The notes beneath the pieces are model-generated. The model was not told where the DNA came from and did not search any database. It worked only from the letters and a program-made list of their open reading frames with translations. From Klebsormidium nitens (lineage: Eukaryota; Plantae; Klebsormidiophyceae): a stretch of DNA of 64,000 nt. This document shows positions 1 to 12,569 of this stretch, piece after piece (within the stretch, counting starts at the first letter, position 1; each line of letters begins with the position of its first letter). The stretch is from contig DF236978.1 of the NCBI GenBank assembly GCA_000708835.1, forward strand, positions 186,001 to 250,000, in the 5' to 3' direction. The translations under genes and the position numbers were made by a program.

Positions 1-464
1 CCCGCTGAAACTCCTCCAAGGTCGTCACTTTCGGTTTTGCATGATCTCCGGTCCGGTATAAATCGGCTTCACGTTGGACTTCGAGGTCGTTTATTATCTC
101 TCTGATTGATTCCATCCTTTGTCGAGTCCAGTCGCTTTTGCTCAACAACACGTCTTCCACAGTCTGCCGGATCCGCCGCTTTGAATCTGATGGCGTTTCT
201 TCGATCTAGGATGTTCGCTGTTCTCTCAAGTTGTGCAAGTGCTTGTGAGCCGTCTCATACATCGAGAATTCGTTGATTCCAGCTCCGAGTGTTTCGAGGG
301 TTGGACCTTGCATTGTCCACCGGGCTTGAAAGACGGTTATCCCAGCTTCAAACCCTTCTTTAAAAATCTTCCCCTGGCTGAAGCTTGTACTTTTCACGGA
401 GCTTGAAAGCCCGTGATTTCAACTTCACATCTTTTGATAGGCTGAACTCTATTCAATTTTGCAG

Positions 465-3125
465 GGCTTAAAGGACCGCATCCTGGTGCGCGAAACGCAG
501 CTGCGCGCGTTCCACAGCACGACGGCCAAGGCGTTCCCATTGCTCCAGACCATGATGGAGCAGCTCGACACGATGAGGAGCGTGAGCAAACTGTCAGCAG
601 AGGACGAGCAAGAAATCACTCGCAGCGGGGGGGAGGGTTCCAAAGGCACGGTTAACCCCCCTGAGGCAAACGAGCTCGCGGAGGGGGGCGAGGATGACAC
701 TGGAAACAGCCCCCTGAGGCGAGATGAGGAGATGGCGGACGCAGAGGAGGCGTGGAGAGATGTCAATATGACGCAACTCGAAGAGGATGAGGAGTTCGTC
801 TTGAGCACCGCGCCTGTGAGGCGGACTCCGCAGAAGACCCCCCCGAAAAGTTTGCGGGTTGCGTCGCCCGCTCAGAGGGGGTCAGCTTCGAAGACGCCCG
901 GGTTAAGGGCGGGGTTAGCGTCGCCGGGTGGGGTTAGCAGGGCGTTAAAGTTCGGGCAGGAGAACGGGGGTACGTCTCAGGAGGAAGAACAGGAGGGAAG
1001 TAAAGACTTGGGGCGGGAAGGGGGTATGCTTGGCGAAGTGTTTGCCAAACCAGCGGATCGGGAACCCGTGCAGAAGACGCCTGGAAAGGCGGAGAACGGG
1101 GAAGAGGAGCAAAACGGTGGAGAACTAGAAGGAGAAAGAAAACAGGATGCCGACAAGGAAACGCAGGACGAAGAAGAGATCGAGAAAGAACAGGAGGGTA
1201 GAAATGGAATTGAGGGCAAAGAGAAGAGCCAGGACGAGAGTCAACGAGGGAAAGACGAGAGTGAGAAAGTCGAGGGAGAGGGGCTGGGGCCGAGGGACCA
1301 GGAGACGTTGCTGATGGAAGATGACGTCATTGGCACTGTTCCCGCTACGTATGCAGTCGGGACGCTCCTCATGGAGGAGCCTGAGGGTGGGGAGCTGGGT
1401 AGCCTGGAGGGGGGCTTGGGCACAGGCAAATCTGCCCCCCTGGCGCAGATCCCGGAGGAAGTGGAAGAGGGGGAGATCCGGGATGATGAGGAGGGAGGGA
1501 CAGCGGAGGGGCAAGAATTCACACAGCTGAACAACGGCGCGACGCAGGCGGTGGGAAAACTTCCTGAGGGCGAGAACGAGGAGGAAGTTGGGGGTGAGGA
1601 GAAGGAAACTGCAGAAGACGGGGCCGTGCAAAACGGAGAGCGTGCAGGGGGGTCGGAAGCGCAGGCTGATCAGACCCCCCGGAACGAAGCCCCTCGAGGT
1701 GGAAAGGACTCCCTGGAAAATGGGCAGCCCCCCGAAAGTTTTCAGATGTCTGAATATGCGGACGGTACTCCGAGGGGGGGCTCGGACGCCTTTGAGCTCA
1801 CGGGAAGCCGGCGGGTTTCTTTGGGGGATCCGCTGAAGGGGCTCCAAAACCGCAGGGAGAGCACAGGGGGGCGGCGGGAGAGCCTGCTTGAGAAGATGGA
1901 CTTGATAATGGACGCGGATTTCACGGACACGGAGAAAGGGGTCCCAGCCAGCCCCGCGGCCCAGGGCGCAACGCAGCTCCTTTCTAACAGCCAACGCGCC
2001 AAGCACCCCAGCCCGGACTCCGTTCTGCCCGCTAGCCCAAAACGAGGGGCTATTAGCAGCCTTCTGGCAGCCGGGATTGCGGGCGGGTGGCGCAAAGGGG
2101 GTTCCGACGGCTTCTGGGCAGGTCTGAATCTGAACGACAAACCCCCCCCGGCAAGCGCCCCCGCCGGGCCTCGGCCTGTGTTGGCCGGGGCGTCGCCTTC
2201 GACGGCGCGGGCGCTGTTCCGGCGGAAGTCTAGCGAGTTTCTCGGGGACTCGGGATCCGAGCCGGGTGCAAAGCGGTTTAAGGCGGCCGGTGACGACGAC
2301 GTCGTGCAAGACTCGGGGAGCCAGCGCACAGCGGACGGAGGCCTCCGGACCGAGAGCGTGGCGCGAAAGAGGGGCGGCAGCAGTGAGGAAAAGGAGCCCC
2401 TCGATGACGCCAGCGGCCACGACGATGACGTCGGCGAGGGGGGCGATGACGACGATCCCCCTGCCCGGCCCGCGCGTGAGCTCGTCTCGTCGCAACGGAG
2501 CGTCAGCGGGAAGGCCCTCGAAAGCGCGCCGAGCCCCGCTTCCGTCAGCATTGGGAACCGCCGAGGCCCTGTAGAGGACGACATTGACGGCGCCGCACAG
2601 GCAGAGGAGGCGGACCCCGAGGCCCCACAGGGCCCCGTGGAGACGCAGGCCACCGGAAACGACCTGGCGGGGGGTGGTGAGAGTGACCCGTTTCGGGTGG
2701 GGGGGTTTCCTGGCCCGGGCAGCGCGCCTCTTCCGAGCAGCCTGGCGGGCCTGCAGTGCAGCGAGGCGCTGACGTCAGCGCGGACCGCTGACTTCACCGA
2801 GAGCCCCGTGGAGCCGACGCCCGCCGCGATGCCCCCCCCCACGGTGCCTCCCCCGGCACCGAAGGCGCGGACGCCGCGGCAGGCAGAGAGGGTTGGGAGG
2901 GGGGGGTTCGGAAATGACCCCCTGGCGGGGCTGGACGTCATGCTTGACATCATGCGGCCAGCAGGGGACATGGGCGAGAGTTTGCAGAGCGATGGAAGGG
3001 TTGGGGATTCGGAGATTGAGTCGGAGGACGAGGATTTGTTGGAGGAGGGAGCAAGTGATTATGAGGGAGGGGAGCGGGGAGCGCCCGTGGGGACGGAGGT
3101 TTTGGCCAACGGGCGGGGCGGGTGA
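465..3125 (+). CDS. Large terminal exon of an uncharacterised acidic, Gly/Glu/Pro-rich, mostly disordered protein; upstream exons not identified
   Basis: 888-codon open frame. It starts right after a pyrimidine-rich acceptor (ttttgcag, AG at 463-464), so the TTG start in the ORF track is probably intronic. Short helical/coiled-coil-like start (GLKDRILVRETQLRAF...MEQLDTMRSV), then low complexity. No family motif recognised. Confidence 0.6.
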   Translation, partial: GLKDRILVRETQLRAFHSTTAKAFPLLQTMMEQLDTMRSVSKLSAEDEQEITRSGGEGSKGTVNPPEANELAEGGEDDTGNSPLRRDEEMADAEEAWRDVNMTQLEEDEEFVLSTAPVRRTPQKTPPKSLRVASPAQRGSASKTPGLRAGLASPGGVSRALKFGQENGGTSQEEEQEGSKDLGREGGMLGEVFAKPADREPVQKTPGKAENGEEEQNGGELEGERKQDADKETQDEEEIEKEQEGRNGIEGKEKSQDESQRGKDESEKVEGEGLGPRDQETLLMEDDVIGTVPATYAVGTLLMEEPEGGELGSLEGGLGTGKSAPLAQIPEEVEEGEIRDDEEGGTAEGQEFTQLNNGATQAVGKLPEGENEEEVGGEEKETAEDGAVQNGERAGGSEAQADQTPRNEAPRGGKDSLENGQPPESFQMSEYADGTPRGGSDAFELTGSRRVSLGDPLKGLQNRRESTGGRRESLLEKMDLIMDADFTDTEKGVPASPAAQGATQLLSNSQRAKHPSPDSVLPASPKRGAISSLLAAGIAGGWRKGGSDGFWAGLNLNDKPPPASAPAGPRPVLAGASPSTARALFRRKSSEFLGDSGSEPGAKRFKAAGDDDVVQDSGSQRTADGGLRTESVARKRGGSSEEKEPLDDASGHDDDVGEGGDDDDPPARPARELVSSQRSVSGKALESAPSPASVSIGNRRGPVEDDIDGAAQAEEADPEAPQGPVETQATGNDLAGGGESDPFRVGGFPGPGSAPLPSSLAGLQCSEALTSARTADFTESPVEPTPAAMPPPTVPPPAPKARTPRQAERVGRGGFGNDPLAGLDVMLDIMRPAGDMGESLQSDGRVGDSEIESEDEDLLEEGASDYEGGERGAPVGTEVLANGRGG

Positions 3126-5037
3126 GGGATGGTAAATAGGATTGGGTATGGGGTCTGGGGCGGGACGCCCCGTATATTGGAAAGGGTAGGCGCTGCAGAC
3201 CAGATTCGGGTGTGTTTTGCGTCTAGAAACCAGAGGGGGCAAACGGCGTCACCTTTCTTGTATTGGCGGTAACCAACTGGGCCGCTCTTGTCAGCAACCA
3301 ACCAAGCGAATGGTGCAACTGCGTGTGCAATTGCAGGCCCCATTGCCCAAATACTCGAGACCAGACTGGGCCGCTCTAGAAGCCTCGCTTAATACTTGCA
3401 CAGAACGCGGCAATGCTGTACTGACGAGCTTGAGTTCAAGGGTCAAGATCGAGCAAACCGGGTGCTTTGTCACCCTAAGTACGTAAGTGTGCATTCCTTC
3501 AATCTAGATACTGGATCAAGCAAACAACTTGTGAGAGCGGCAAATCTGAACGTGCAGTGCCCAGTCAGTCATCCTCGATGTTTTGTGCTCATCTTCGCTT
3601 CCAACTATCGAGTTGTTCCCATGCTGTTTGGTGCCCTTGTACGCAAAGGGAAATAATGTTGGATCGAGGTCATTTGCCGCCGCCCAGTTCCACATCGACC
3701 AAAGATCGCATGCAAGCCTACAATTATCATACTACAAGACTCCGACCTGATGACCAGTTCTCTTACGACATGCAGCAGTAATGATCGGAGTCAAGTAGCT
3801 GCTGTACAGTCCTCATTAGGCGTGCATGCACCCGCAAGGTGTTTGAATTGCGCGCACCGTGTTGGCTCAAAGCCGACTCATGTTTTAAGTTTGCTGGATC
3901 GATTCACAGCAAACTTATGTCGTCGGGCCCCGTTTAATGCAATCCGACTGGACATGCAGTATGATTTTCGGATTGATCGATGCCGCAACTGACACTTAGA
4001 TCAAGCGCTAGCTGCAGCGGGCTGGACCTTTTAATTAACCAGTGGTTAGAACCGGGCCGCCCCCCAGTACAGTTTTGGTGCATGACCCTTCGATAGTGCA
4101 CTTTCCGATAGTGCACCCTTCGATCATTAGTGCACTGACATGCTGAGTCGCGATTCTTTGATTGCTCTAGAATGAGTACCTAGAAGCGGACCGACGACAC
4201 GTACCTGTGACGGTAATCATAAGGCTGCGTTAGCATCAATCAGGGACCATGATCAATGCAATGAAGATACACAATGAATGATCCAGAAGCGATGATTTTG
4301 ACAAAACCGGCACCCTCGTGTCAAGTCTGTTGTATTCTAGCTTGCAGTCAGAAGTCACTTGTCTACATCTATGCAGTAGAATTAAAGGAAGTGCCTGGCC
4401 CTACTAGCCTTTATACCTACCGTCACTAGTTGCAATTTGCCTATAGGGACAAGCTGGGTACATTGACCAAATGTTGACGATACGAGCCAAGTATTCTTGA
4501 CTCGCTGTATCGCCTTGTATGCCGACAAAACGCCGCCTACTTTCAGCTTTTGTCGGCCTTTAGGAACTTCCGTTTGGCCCCAGTTTACATCAGTCGGCTT
4601 GTGCCAACCGCTGCGCGGTCCTACATTTCCATGTATATGGACTAAGGATTACTGAGAAAAACCGTTTGACTATAGATCGAGCTCCGACCCCGTACTTTAA
4701 TGAACTATATATATCACTACACCACAACCGAATCATGATATCTTTGACACGCTTTGTTTCCTGTTACGGTCCGACGCTTGCACTAGGTGTCACTGCTTGC
4801 ACAAAATGGTCCAACCAACTCCTCTGATCAGGAAGATAGTTTGTTGGACGAAAAATGTATGCCCCCAAGACCCTTCTTATCAACGCAAACATGCAGAACC
4901 CCAAGCGAAAACATGCCTGCTTTACTTGAAATTACCATGAAATTCTGTTGTAAATGATCACAGCGGAGGGACCTAGCTTGCAGCGGCCCCGTCAATCGAG
5001 TAGCTGACTGTCACGGAGTTGCGTCCATCAGGGCCCG

Positions 5038-5080
5038 TTCCGGTTCCGGTTCCGGTTCCGGTTCCGGTTCCGGTTCCGGT
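5038..5080. repeat. (TTCCGG)7 hexanucleotide microsatellite
   Basis: Seven exact TTCCGG units read directly; it lies just 3' of the stop codon of Root_cap gene A on the minus strand. Confidence 0.95.
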
Positions 5081-5087
5081 CTAGCTT

Positions 5088-8000
5088 TCACCCAAATCTG
5101 CAGACGGCGGAGGACCCAGACGCGCAACCCGCGTTCTTGACTGTGATTGGGGAAGCGCCGGTTCCGTCCGAGAAGCTAAGACGACGGCGGAGTGTGGCGG
5201 TGAGCCCCATTCTCTTGGCGGGGCCGTTGGGGCTGCTTCCGAAGCGGCCGCGCGCGCAGTCGGGCGCCAGCAGAGATGACGTGCGGTACTCGTCGTCGGA
5301 TCCGTCGACCTGGGAATATCGGACGGCCACGATTTGCAGAGCGATAGAGATGGACGCTCCGGCACCTCTTGCTTTCACGAACGACTCTTTTCAGTAAGAT
5401 CAGCACCCGGGGGACGGGTGGGATCACTTAGAGGCTTAGGTGTGGAGCGGGTCATGGTGTGAGTTAAGGGTTTTTCTTTAATAAGGTGCCCAGGACTCCG
5501 GTATTCAGATTATGGAAGCTCTTGCTAGTGCAAGCACGAGTTGCTAGTTTTGAGATGGACCGGATCTAAGAGCGGGGCAAAGGGATGGGTGAGAAACAAA
5601 CACAGTCAAAACGCGAGGCTAAGTGCGGCGCTGGACGGACGAGACTTGACCGATCGAGTATTGGGATAGCGATGTGCGAGCAAGAGACGGAAAGAATGGG
5701 AGATTGGCTCGTCCACTCTTTTGGATCTATGATCGCCCGCTTTGAATCAAACTTTGTCAGACTGTGGTGCTTTTTGGCTGGGGACACCTAAGCAGCATTG
5801 CTCATATTGACGTCAAAATCGAACTCCAGGAGTCGAGAAGATCCCCTTGAGCCAACTAGAAAGCCGTCACGTGTTTCTCGCACGAGCAAGCTTCGAGCTG
5901 AAAGACGATTGATATGCCTCTTTGTTCTGCAGCGTCCGCAACTGATCTTGCGGCATACTGTCATCAGTCGCACGATGATGACGTGGAACGGACCTGCGCT
6001 TCGCACAAGTTCAGTCCAAACTGCACAAAACCGGAGCGGACGAGTGGGGAACTTACGACGTCAGCGGCCCGCAGCTGGGGGCCGTTCACCTTCATCGCGG
6101 CAGCGATGACGTCAGCACGGGAAGGCTGCAGAGGCGCAGGGGTAGAGTTTCGGTCTTTCGGCTGATGGAAGCGTGCAAAGTTTGAATGAGGGGCGAGTTG
6201 ATTGAAAGCATGCTGATGCAGCTTGCAGTAGGCGCCGGTTGAAAATACTGGCAACTCTAGATTGTATCGACAGCAGATTGCAATCAGATAGAAAGCCCCG
6301 GACACCTAGACTGAAAATGTTAACCCAAACTTGACGCCCCTCCGCACCCTCACTCACCCTAACCCCCCAACCTAAGCGAACCCCACTAGTTCCCCGGGTG
6401 CCTATGTTGATGCAATATCTGCCGAGAATGCAAATCGAGAGTTACAAGATTCTGTTATAAGCCCAGACGCGCATTTCAATCACTCTTTACAACTGACGAG
6501 GAGGGCTCCTGGAAGATCCCTTTGAATGCAAGAAACTAAAACACCCTTTGAAGAAGTTGACAATCAAGTATCTCAAATACCAATGCACTCCCCTCATATT
6601 TCAATCCGATCATGCAAAATCTGCGGAGCTTATCTCTGTGTGCACACGGTAAGAAAGGCGCAGGCCAACGTTTCTGGCAAATGTCGGCATCCCGTTTTGT
6701 CGCGTCAGTAGGGGACCTAGAGGGTGCCAACGCGAAGTGCCTCAAATCCTGAACCCTTATAATCGTTCCGTTCTGAGTATCCCGTCGTGCGTTTTCTATA
6801 TTGATGACGTCCCGCCCTTACCTGGAAAGTCTGGCCCAAAACGCCGTGCACATCGGAGGTCGCGTGGATCCAGTCAATGAACCAGTCGAGGTGCTTCACT
6901 GCGCGTACGAGAACTCTTGCTCTGAAGTTCGTTTCTTGTTGGTTCACCTTCCTTCCAAGCTTCCGGACACACGATCCAAGAGAAACATTTCTTTTGAGAG
7001 CATTGATCGATCAAGAGCCTCAGGGGTTCTTGACGCTCAATGGAAGCATTTGTCCGAAATGCGGCCTTCAGGAGAAGAAGGCCGAGATGGACTGCTTCCC
7101 CAACGTGCAGGCAACCCGAAGAAACCAATGAGAAGCCACGTGTCAGCCTGAGATGGCGCCACGTACCCTCGGGCATGTCGTGCCTTTCGGTGGTGATCGT
7201 GATGTTGGCCAGGCCTTCGACAACGAGAACGACGGCGAAACCGTTCTCTTCCGCCATGGAGAGCTCGATCCCCGCGCCGGGAGACAAGAACACCCGGAGG
7301 GGCCCGAATCTGTCGCAGAGGGAGTGACGGGTGAAAGCGGCCGGGGCGAGGGGTCGCCCATCCAAAGTGATGGCGAAATTGGCATCGTCGTCAGAAGGGA
7401 CATCCTGAAATACAAATGACTTAGGTTTGGTACGCTTTGGGTACGGTTCAGCTAACCACCCAGCTAGGACGTCTCGGACGAGATCTGGATGTACTGCACA
7501 TGCCCGAACTTGTTCCGAAAGTGTCTTAGCCGGCAGAGACTTCTTCCCAAAAGAGAGTCTGAATGTGATCCGAACCTGATCCGAATTCAGGCCGAGATCA
7601 AGCTTTCATAAAGCTGCACCGATCTGAAACGCGTCCGAATTTGGATCTGAACCTGTCCGAATCGAATCTGAAGCGCACTTCAGTCCGGATATGGTTCGAA
7701 GGCTTTCTTGCAGTGCGCGCAATCAACGGGAGGCGTTGATTTTGGGTTTCAGGGTGGGTATGGGTGCAGAGGGCGTGATGCTAAGGATTTATCTTTGCAA
7801 TTTCAGAGTAGGAGCTTACTATACTCAGGGCTTGCTAAATCTAATTCGAAAAGACATGCGTCCTGAGGACTCAGGTTACACGGAACTCAAGCTGTTGTTG
7901 TCCTGCAGGTTAAGTGAGTTTTTGAGGAGATCTTAGACGAATAATTGCCTTTAATTTCAGGGCTGTTTGAGATGATGAGGAGAAAGAAGTATGCGTCAAG

Positions 8001-11000
8001 ACGATAAGGAGTGCCTATAAGAATAAACCTGTGTTCCTGAGCAACCTCGACCAAGCTACGTGGACATGACGTGTGCACTGTGCTTCTGCTTTGCCTTTTC
8101 AGCTCAGGAATACCAGAAGATTCAACATCGTGCTCCAAGGAAGCAAAACATTCTTGTCTTACCATTGGGTTTAGTAGCAACAAGAGCGTCCCGGATCGAA
8201 AAGAGGAAGCTTTAATCGTTCACCTGATTCAGCTGGAGGCTGACTTTGTGCTGATTCTTCCCACGCTTGTACAGCAGCGCGAAAGCTGCAGAGAACAATC
8301 CTCAATTCAGTGACTCTGATTTCTGTTCTTCATCCTTACTTTTCTTCTCGCAGTTCGAAGTATAATAGCTGGTAGGAAGTTCTATCTTCTTGATCAGCTT
8401 GAAACCAGAGCTAGTCGATCTTCTTTCGTAAGGATGCTTACCCTCTTTGCTTAGAAAGGCAGTCTGATTAGATACAGCAGGCGTAACGTGGAAAGAAAGG
8501 AGCTCAAATATTAGTAAGAAACCAGCAGGACTGTCACATCTTCTCCTCAGAACCCTGAACCACATACACTCTTAATTGGCTGGGCCATCAGGACGCTGGA
8601 AGGGGCTAGCCGCTTGTCACATTAACGTTTGACAGGTCCAATTATGCAACACGCTCCATAGCTGCACTTGGGGGATATATGCTTCACTTGGAGGAAATTC
8701 CAGCTTTTGAGAGCGGAGTGTCGTCATAAGGATGAAGAAGCTGGAAACCGCTGGAAGTCGAGGCTTGCTACTCGTCCCTCTCATGTGGGAGCTTGGACTA
8801 GACTCGTCTTCTTGTTTCCCGCTGAAAGAGAAAGCGTCAGAATGCCTGATCTGCCCTTTTTCTTACACAAAGTTTGCTCTCAGCTCTTCACAGGATCCTT
8901 GTTTCAAAAGTGCTGAGAGAGTTTGGCCCTACACTTGATAGTACTGAAACGCACCCCAGTTGTCTTATACGAGGGGCTTACCATCGAAATAGGTCTTGCC
9001 GAGTTCCCCAAACAGGTGCGTGTTGATCTGGATGTTGGAGTCGCTTATCATGCAGAAAGATTCGCCAGGATAACCATGCCAGTCGAACTTCTCCCCCTGG
9101 AGCCCAAACATATGGGGATCTGCAGAAAAAGCAATCAGGTTGTGTGCTTTTGGCATGCCAAATGGCATTGAGATTCAAAAAGAGCGCTTGAGCCTCCCAT
9201 GCTTGAAAGGTCGAATCAGCTCTGATTATGTCGAGGAAAGAGGTTTGAACAGAGTTTTGGAGTAAGCAGCCCTTACTTTTGGTCCTCACCCCTTGAAGTC
9301 ATTCAAACCTGTGCTCCTGTGTCAAAATGTTGTCTGGACGATTTCTGAGGCATCAAGCAGAGAACACAAGGCAGCATGTGTGATGATGGTTACTAGGGCA
9401 TCGTGTCAAAACACTTTTACAGTGGTGTACTGAACTCCGGTTTTCCGGCTTTTAGAGGGGGCCATGGAGGCCGGTTTTGAGCAACTTTGGGGTTCGATTG
9501 GGGGGGTATGGAAGCCGGTTCTCGTTTTCCACCCTCTGCATTTTTTGAGGTGGGGGCTATGGAAGCCGGTTTTATAAGCTAAGTGACCTGGAAACCTTCT
9601 GGGTACCACCGACTTGAATAAGGCTTGAATATACAAATCAACGAAGCTCTTATAGGAGTTGGTCCGTTCAATGGTCATGCAGACTGGCGGCTTCGTGACA
9701 GAAGAAATAACAAAAGGGGTTTAGTTCCGACGCGAGTTCGTGCACAGCAATATCTATCTGGGAGGCGCTTTGAATTTTCAAGAAGAAGCGGGCGGTAGGG
9801 AGGTGTCGGCGTATACTGGGCGCTCCTACACGTGATTATATGTTGCTCGTCAACATATCTACGTATATGGGACCCGGTCAGCTGCCAGGCCGGGGTACGA
9901 CAAGGGGACAGCGGTTGGTGGCTGGTTTTTTAATATCAGGGGATGGTTTTCCGGGCGAAGCGGGCCCCCCCCTGGAAGCCGGTTCCCGATGCTCGTCAAG
10001 ACAGCCCCCCCCCACCCGGAGGCCGGTTTTTTTTTCGGAGTTCAGTACACCACTGCAAAAATGTTTTGACACGATGCCTAGACCGGTGGTTTGTTATCAA
10101 AGTCCCTGAGGGAGATCCACTTTATGTTGCCCAGCTGCTGTGTGACCTATCCCTCCACTTTCAATCTCCTCTTACAGGTGTATAAGCACTCCCTGTAACC
10201 TGACCAAATACTTTCATAGTCGGTGACACGCCACAGCCCCGCTGCCAACCTGCTTGACATACAAATCCTTTGCGCCTGACATGCCTTTCTTACCAGAGTA
10301 TGTTGCATTAGGATTTTTTTGGGGGGGGGAGTCCCCTAAACAGAATAGGCCCACATTTACGCAAGAGCTGAGAGCTGGGTTCGAAGAGCAACCTTTGGAG
10401 AAAAGAGGAGACCATTAGATTCTACGTTGGAAAAGACTTTTACTTAGAAGAGAAGGTTGCCATGTTGGATCAGATCACCATTGCATACCAGCCGCCCTGG
10501 TAAAGTGAAGGGACTAATGTCCAGATAGTAATGCGCAGATTCAGCAAGCCACCAGAGAAAAAACACGGAATGCTGAGCTCCCGGCCTGAAGTTTCAATGC
10601 CAGCTTATGGCAGCCTTGGCCAGAATGGCCGCTTCTGATCCTTCCTTCATCAAGGATTCAACAGCCAGACGCCCCATCCGAGTTGCATTTCGTCAGAAGT
10701 AAGCGCACCCAAAGCAAACAGCCGAACGGCTCAGGTTGAAGAAGAGCTACAAGTTGGAATTCTGTCTTGTGTCAGTACGTACCTCCGCCTCCTCCCGCTG
10801 GGGGAGCCGGTGGCGGGGGCCCGGGTGTAACAGACGGAGTGGGCGTTGGCGTGGGAGTGGGACTCGGAGTTGATGGCGGCCGTGTCCCGGTTGGCGTGGG
10901 GCTCGGAGTTGATCGCGGTGGTGTCGAGGTTGGCGTGGGTGTCGGAGCGGGCTGCCCGCTAGACAGGCTCAGCATCGACCCAAGAACCACCAGCAGCAGT

Positions 11001-11032
11001 TTTGGGGACGGCCGGCTTTGATTGCGCGCCAT
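5088..11032 (-). CDS. Root_cap/LEA-related (PF06830-like), VWD-like secreted protein, paralog A, with signal peptide and Pro/Thr-rich extensin-like stalk (~351 aa, 7 exons)
   Basis: Exons 11032-10783, 9119-8982, 8285-8224, 7404-7167, 6898-6822, 6125-6057 and 5309-5088; all GT-AG and phase-consistent (1056 nt). Motifs GDPHMFGLQGEKFDWHG..FCMISDSNIQINTH, SDVHGVLGQTF and GSDDEYRTSSLLAPDCARGRF match the plant Root_cap family as recalled. Confidence 0.9.
9397..10078. mobile_element. 682-bp non-autonomous MITE, PIF/Harbinger (Tourist)-like, in intron 1 of Root_cap gene A
   Basis: 43-bp TIRs (9397-9439 and 10036-10078; GGCATCGTGTCAAAACA..., 2 mismatches), TAG on both flanks (9394-9396, 10079-10081), internal repeated GGAAGCCGGTT/GGAGGCCGGTT motifs, no coding capacity. 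Confidence 0.85.
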
Positions 11033-12569
11033 GCCAGCGACGAGAGTTGTGCTCTGAGAAGGCGTTCCAAAATGTGATCAGGAGGCGGCTGTTCAGTGCC
11101 AAGACAAAGCAAGGGTAGTACCATGAGACAATGAGACACGAGGGAGACACGTCCCTTTCTTAGGGACCAAAAGACGTCCTCGTAACATCCCTTTGAATGT
11201 CCTGTGCAAACACTGCATGAGGGCAGATCTGTTGAAGCTGTAAACCGGAAAGGCGTCCTGGCGCCGGCTTGCACACTGTCGGAGCAGAAAGGCGCATTGT
11301 CGAGGATTCCGAGTCCAATGATCTCGGAGACTCAGGCTAGTGTCATCATCCATGATGTATTATGACTTCATGGTTAACATCCTGACACTACTTTGACAAG
11401 CTTGTGCTAAGCTCTTTTACCGTATATATTGGCTGTGGAAAATTAACACAGTACCGTTAGTCCATTTGCGAATTGGCGGGCCCGGCCGCCGCAATATTCG
11501 GGGACAGAGTAGTGTCAAGTTTCAATCGCGCCCTGGCCCCTATGCATGAGAAAGTCGACTCCCAACTTCCCAAGCTGTGTAGGCCCATGGCATTTGGAGC
11601 ACACTTTCCTTGTGACGTTTACCGTACTTATATTACAACCACACACCGACGTCGCCGAGACGATTTAAATGTGAGCCACACGTCACGAGGCGAACTTATC
11701 CGCCGTACAATAGATTGATTTTCACTCCAGCGGAGTAAACGGGAGGCGGATGATGGACCGTTCGAAGGTACAAGTTTACAACCATACCGTAACAGTTCAT
11801 TCACGGGGGTATCCTGACTGACGTAACCCAAAGGTTAAAGCATTCACAACAGTATCCTGACTTACGTAACCCCAGGGTTACCGCAGAATTGCTACCTACG
11901 CATTAGAGGCGAAGTCGAGGTAACTCGAGCATGTAACTAACCGCATGTAGTTGGCCTAACTCTTTTCATGCCAAGCCAGGCGCTGTCCATTGATTACGGT
12001 GAATTGGCAGACTGCCGATACAAATGGCTGGGTACCCGGTACGGCTTCTACGGCTTTTCCGGCACTGTACGGTAGGCCGCCGTACTGGTGCCGGCCCCGG
12101 CGGCCCCGGCCGGGTATCTTCCGGACGGCGGCGGCCGCCCAACCCGCAAGGCCGCCCGTCCGCGACGCCTAGACTCCTAGACGTGATAGACGGCGCCCGA
12201 CCGGACGCATTCTTAGGGGCTCACAGTCTTGTTGGACCCCTGCCAATCACAGGCCAGTCGGATTGGCAAAGCTTAGACACATCAAGCATACGGTATATTG
12301 TCCAATTAGTGTTGAGGCCAATCCACGCTTTAGTAGGTATCGCATTCCAATTTCCGAGTCGAAAAAAACTCTCACACCTCCATCGGAGTCCATGATGTGA
12401 TCAACACCATCATCATAATGGCATCACTAATTTTGACTGGTATGTGCCTTGATTGCCGTAAACTCGACTTGCACTCCTTAAACGAGCATGAGTAGCGCCC
12501 CACAATTACAAAGCTCTGGTATCCTCGTTGATAAGAGTGAGTGCAGTCATGAGACGAGTGGCAGATAAA

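Noticed and set aside
1-397. Minus-strand ORF 206-397, whose frame stays open again after its TAG to the window edge
   Set aside because: No recognisable homology and truncated by the window; cannot tell a pseudogene or exon from chance.
1125-2971. Long minus-strand ORFs of 456 and 409 aa
   Set aside because: Antisense shadows of the GC-rich plus-strand exon; no motifs.
11441-11462. Similarity of aattaacacagtaccgttag to aattaaccagtaccgtcag (~27253) as alternative outer element ends
   Set aside because: Short, in direct rather than inverted orientation, and with no TSD.
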